A stretch of DNA of 63,058 nt, the filler included, from Folioceros fuciformis (lineage: Eukaryota), in the NCBI GenBank assembly GCA_049999805.1. It is 6 parts of 6 records of this genome, joined end to end, with 100 filler letters (N's around TTAATTAATTAA, not from the genome) between each part and the next. Parts side by side here need not be neighbours in the genome. Positions count along the whole stretch, not along the records: positions 49,215 to 61,521 come from JBNGIO010005487.1; positions 61,622 to 63,058 come from JBNGIO010005502.1; 4 more parts are not named here. One strand, given 5' to 3'. Of the stretch, positions 59,720 through 63,058 are shown in pieces (within the stretch, counting starts at the first letter, position 1; each line of letters begins with the position of its first letter). The translations under genes and the position numbers were made by a program. The notes beneath the pieces were generated by a model. It did not search any database, had not been told where the DNA came from, and worked only from the letters and a program-made list of their open reading frames with translations.

Positions 59720-61521
59720 CTCTTGATGTACGTGACGCACCGTCAAATTGTCATTCAATGTCTAGCTACAGGGTAGAATCCAATTCTCCTCCTATTCTGT
59801 AGGGGTAGTAGGTTTTTGTTTTGTTACATGAGTCGGATCATTTTATTTCCATTCATGGACCACCATTTCACAAACGTGGTTTCCCTAGTAGAGTCTCGTG
59901 AACAGCCAGATTATTGGTAAGGAATTTTAATAAAGTGGTCCTTGAACACAAATGCACGCATACTCCACTTGTGGGTGAATCCTGATGGTGTTTTGAAGAT
60001 GGTATCCGTGGGCAAATGGCTGAATCAGGTCAGAAGGCTCGCTGGCCACATTCCAGACTAACATTCTGCAGAGATTATCTAGCGTGTGGTACGAAGAAGA
60101 ATGCCAGTACACATTTCATGCGGGTCAGCTTTCTCACGTACGTGCAGCTGACTGACATTGGTTTACTGGTTTCAGATGCCTCAGATACTTTCAAAGCTGG
60201 CAGGGAGGAGTGTACTAAACTCTCCAGTCTCGTGCCTCATACTGCAGGATTGTACTCCAAAACTGCGGCTGGCAACGCTCCTTCTTGGTACCAATTCGCT
60301 GACAGTAACAAACGACATGTCTCAGCATTTGGAGCTTCTGCGTCTACTTTACACCTACTCTAGTGGCTCCGTCTGTGAACATGTCTGGGTGTCTGCTCTT
60401 GCGACAACTGTCGCTGCGGCTCTGGCTGCGGCTGACTACATACCTAGTATCCACTGTGAGGAAGAAGGGCAGTTGAAATCGCGTGCTGCCCACATGGTCA
60501 CTTCTGTGAAGTATGTTGAGAGCGTGTGCAAGAAATGTAGTTTAAACTATTGTCCTTCCTCTATGTACGAAGGCCCATAATTTCATAGCTAAGAGTGGAA
60601 TACGATTACTTCAAGCTGCTCTCAGAAACTGCCAACTACCGAGAGCCTAAAGAAATGGAGCCGTAGCCTACGGCTCCATTTTGTACCTGTATGTCCTTTA
60701 GTATGCAAAGCATAGGTTTTTTTACATAGTATGCATTCTGATTGATTGCTATATGTGTGGGCAGTCTTTACAAGTCTAGCTTTTTTTTTTGTTTCCTTTT
60801 GTCATTGTGCCTCCTTGGAACATGTAGAACATGATACGACTATGCCACAAACATCTTGCAAAATCTATCCACTATTGTTCTATATGGTTCCTATTGTTAA
60901 TTAATAGACTAAAAGTCTTACAAACCGATTACACTATTCTGTCAAAAGTGTGAATTTTATTACAAAGAATATATTACTATTAATTAAAATTTATGATGTC
61001 GCTTGCTAACAAACAAGTCAAAGAACTATGGACACTACTTGACTCAGAGTTACTACTGATAATATAATATTTTAACATATAAATACTAAATATATGATAT
61101 TATTATATCTTTTTTCAATTAAAATAGCATTAGATATGAAATACTTGCTCATGCAAGACCGGTAAAAGCATGCTTCTTTGGTGGCTTTAGAATTTTGTGC
61201 TTGTTACGTTCGCCACTAGCTAAATCTGTTACAGCCATTGAAATAGTATTTTCTTCTATTTACGCAATGTGTTTGGCTCTTCACTTTAAAAAGAGTATCG
61301 TAGTGGAGTGGGTGACGAGTGCGCCCGGGCGTGTGACCGAGTCCATCGCACCAACACGACGGGAGGCAGTGGGTTGCAAGACTGCAAGGGGTATTTTCGT
61401 CGTGCTACAAGTCGTGATTGCCAGTTAACCCGGGTAAAGACCACCATTTGTGTTCAGACCAACGTGGTGCTCGTGAGTTTGGCGGGTTTACGGGGTGTTG
61501 CCGCCGTTCCAGCACGGAGCG

Positions 61522-61621
61522 NNNNNNNNNNNNNNNNNNNNNNNNNNNNNNNNNNNNNNNNNNNNTTAATTAATTAANNNNNNNNNNNNNNNNNNNNNNN
61601 NNNNNNNNNNNNNNNNNNNNN
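61522..61621. other. Artificial contig linker
   Basis: 44N + TTAATTAATTAA + 44N. Confidence 0.97.
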
Positions 61622-62090
61622 GCGGAGTAAGAAGAGCAGGGAGGCTAGGAGAGCTCGCCCTGCTAAGCATCCAGCAGCAAAGGAGGAATGGGATGAAACC
61701 AATCTGGTGGAGACCAACTTAAGGGTTGGCGGCTGGAAAGTGTTGTTCAACGTGACCTTGTGATGGGCGAAACCCGGAAGAGAAGAAGGGCTCCCAGCGG
61801 ATACTGGCGATGAGACCAGTTTGATGAGGCCGCTAGAGGAGGCACATAGACTGCTTGGGCTGCTGAAAATATTGCAGGAAGAAGAGGTAGCAATCGGGGA
61901 AAACCAGCATACAGGTGATTGGATTAACTTCGAGCTTCATCCACCTGACCTGTTTTTCAAACTGTTGCAGTGTTGTGGTAGCTAACCCTCCCTGTCACCT
62001 GATGGCAGGCACATAAGAGCACAGAAGGAAGAGCTACATTCCACAATACTGAGGACACGGGCGTCACCCATAAGTCTTGTTTATAGTAGG

Positions 62091-63058
62091 TTAAGCTGCG
62101 GGTTTGAAATAGGAGTGGAAGTTTATCAGCCCAAGTGCCTGCATATGCTTCTGATGTTTATCCTTTAGTAGGGCCTTTGTTAGGATGTCTGTTGTGTTAT
62201 TCTCAGTAGGCACGTAGAGAATTTTAACTAACCCCCTCGCAGCAGCATCTCTAACATAGTGATGATGGACTTCAATATGTTTCATCCGAGCGTGGAAGCG
62301 GGGATTTGCAACAAGGGCGATGGCTGATTGATTGTCACAGTAGAGGTGAGTAGGGCCATCTTGCGTTTGCCCAAGGTCATGTAAAAAAGACCGCTCCCAT
62401 TCCACTTCCTTAGTAGCATCAGTAAGGGATTTGTATTCGACTTCAGTGCTTGACAGGGCTATACTGGTATGCTTTTTGCAGCTCCAATTGATAGAAGATT
62501 GGGCAAGGAGGAAAGTATAGGTGGACAAACTCTTACAGGAGTCACTATCCGAGGCCCAATCAGCGTCAATATACCCTTCAAGAGTGAGCTGAGAGGTTTG
62601 GTGTGCTCCTCGTCTATAGCAGAGTCCAATGTAGGGCGAGCCTTTGAGGTAACGAAAAATACGTTTTACAGCAGTTTAGTGAGCACGACCAGGGTTATCT
62701 AAGAATTGGGACACTGTACTAACGGAATGTTGAATATCAGGGCGCGTCCAGTTGCTGACGAAAAGTAAGCAGCCAACAGCCTGTCGATAGGGGACATCCT
62801 GCATGTCCAAGCGGTCAGCATCTGTGACAGGACACTTAGATCGGGTAAGTTTAGCTCCTACAGAGCCTAGAGTAGAAGAGGGGTGAGCTTGTCCCATGTT
62901 GAATTTGTGTAAGATCTCAGCAACATATTTGTGTTGATGGATAATGAGAAGCCCCTCTGATCGAACTCGAAGCACTTGTATCCCTAGGCAGAAAATTAGA
63001 TCACCACTGTCTGTCATTTCAAATGTTTTTCTCAACATATCCTTTACGTGTGACAGGA
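62091..63058 (-). mobile_element. Ty1/copia element 3, RT C-terminus and RNase H (with stops)
   Basis: FEMTDSG..LGIQV; PYRQAVGCL..TRPDI; SSTEVEY; YCDNQSAI; KHIEVHHHYVRD; DILTKAL. Confidence 0.93.

Noticed and set aside
13411-61621. Recurring TTAATTAATTAA palindromes, and an apparent cluster of trafficking genes (TRIPP, SEC8, AP2S, COMMD2)
   Set aside because: The motif is a synthetic six-frame-stop linker inside N runs, so genes on different pieces are not shown to be neighbours

Overview
Eukaryotic nuclear DNA from a land plant with very compact genes (most introns roughly 60-250 bp). It is most consistent with a non-seed plant such as a lycophyte or hornwort; this is inferred from gene content and intron size. 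The window is six separate pieces joined by artificial 100-bp linkers (44N-TTAATTAATTAA-44N), so adjacency across linkers is not biological. Piece 1 (1-13410) has two degenerate Ty1/copia LTR retrotransposons flanking a ~600-bp relic. The relic translates to the C-terminal half of a bacterial-type beta-class N4-cytosine/N6-adenine DNA methyltransferase and carries a spliceosomal intron; this is the top finding. Piece 2 has a mitochondrial thiamine-diphosphate carrier, TRIPP, an F-box gene and a Gly/Ser/Tyr/Gln/Pro tandem-repeat ORF. Piece 3 has Harbinger and Mutator transposase relics, an orphan vacuolar processing enzyme (VPE/legumain) exon, a solo LTR, an inverted telomere-repeat insertion, a degenerate array of ~350-400-bp units and a TORNADO1-like LRR-Roc-COR gene. 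Piece 4 has the SEC8 3' end, RUG3, a histidine phosphatase, an inverted pair of restriction-like-endonuclease (RLE, CRE-like) non-LTR retroelements and a gag ORF. Piece 5 has a 2OG-Fe(II) dioxygenase with an internal stop, a MUR3-like GT47, AP-2 sigma, COMMD2 and a candidate RNA hairpin. Piece 6 is a copia RT/RNase H with a convergent antisense frame. All family assignments are from motif recognition by eye; no database searches were run.
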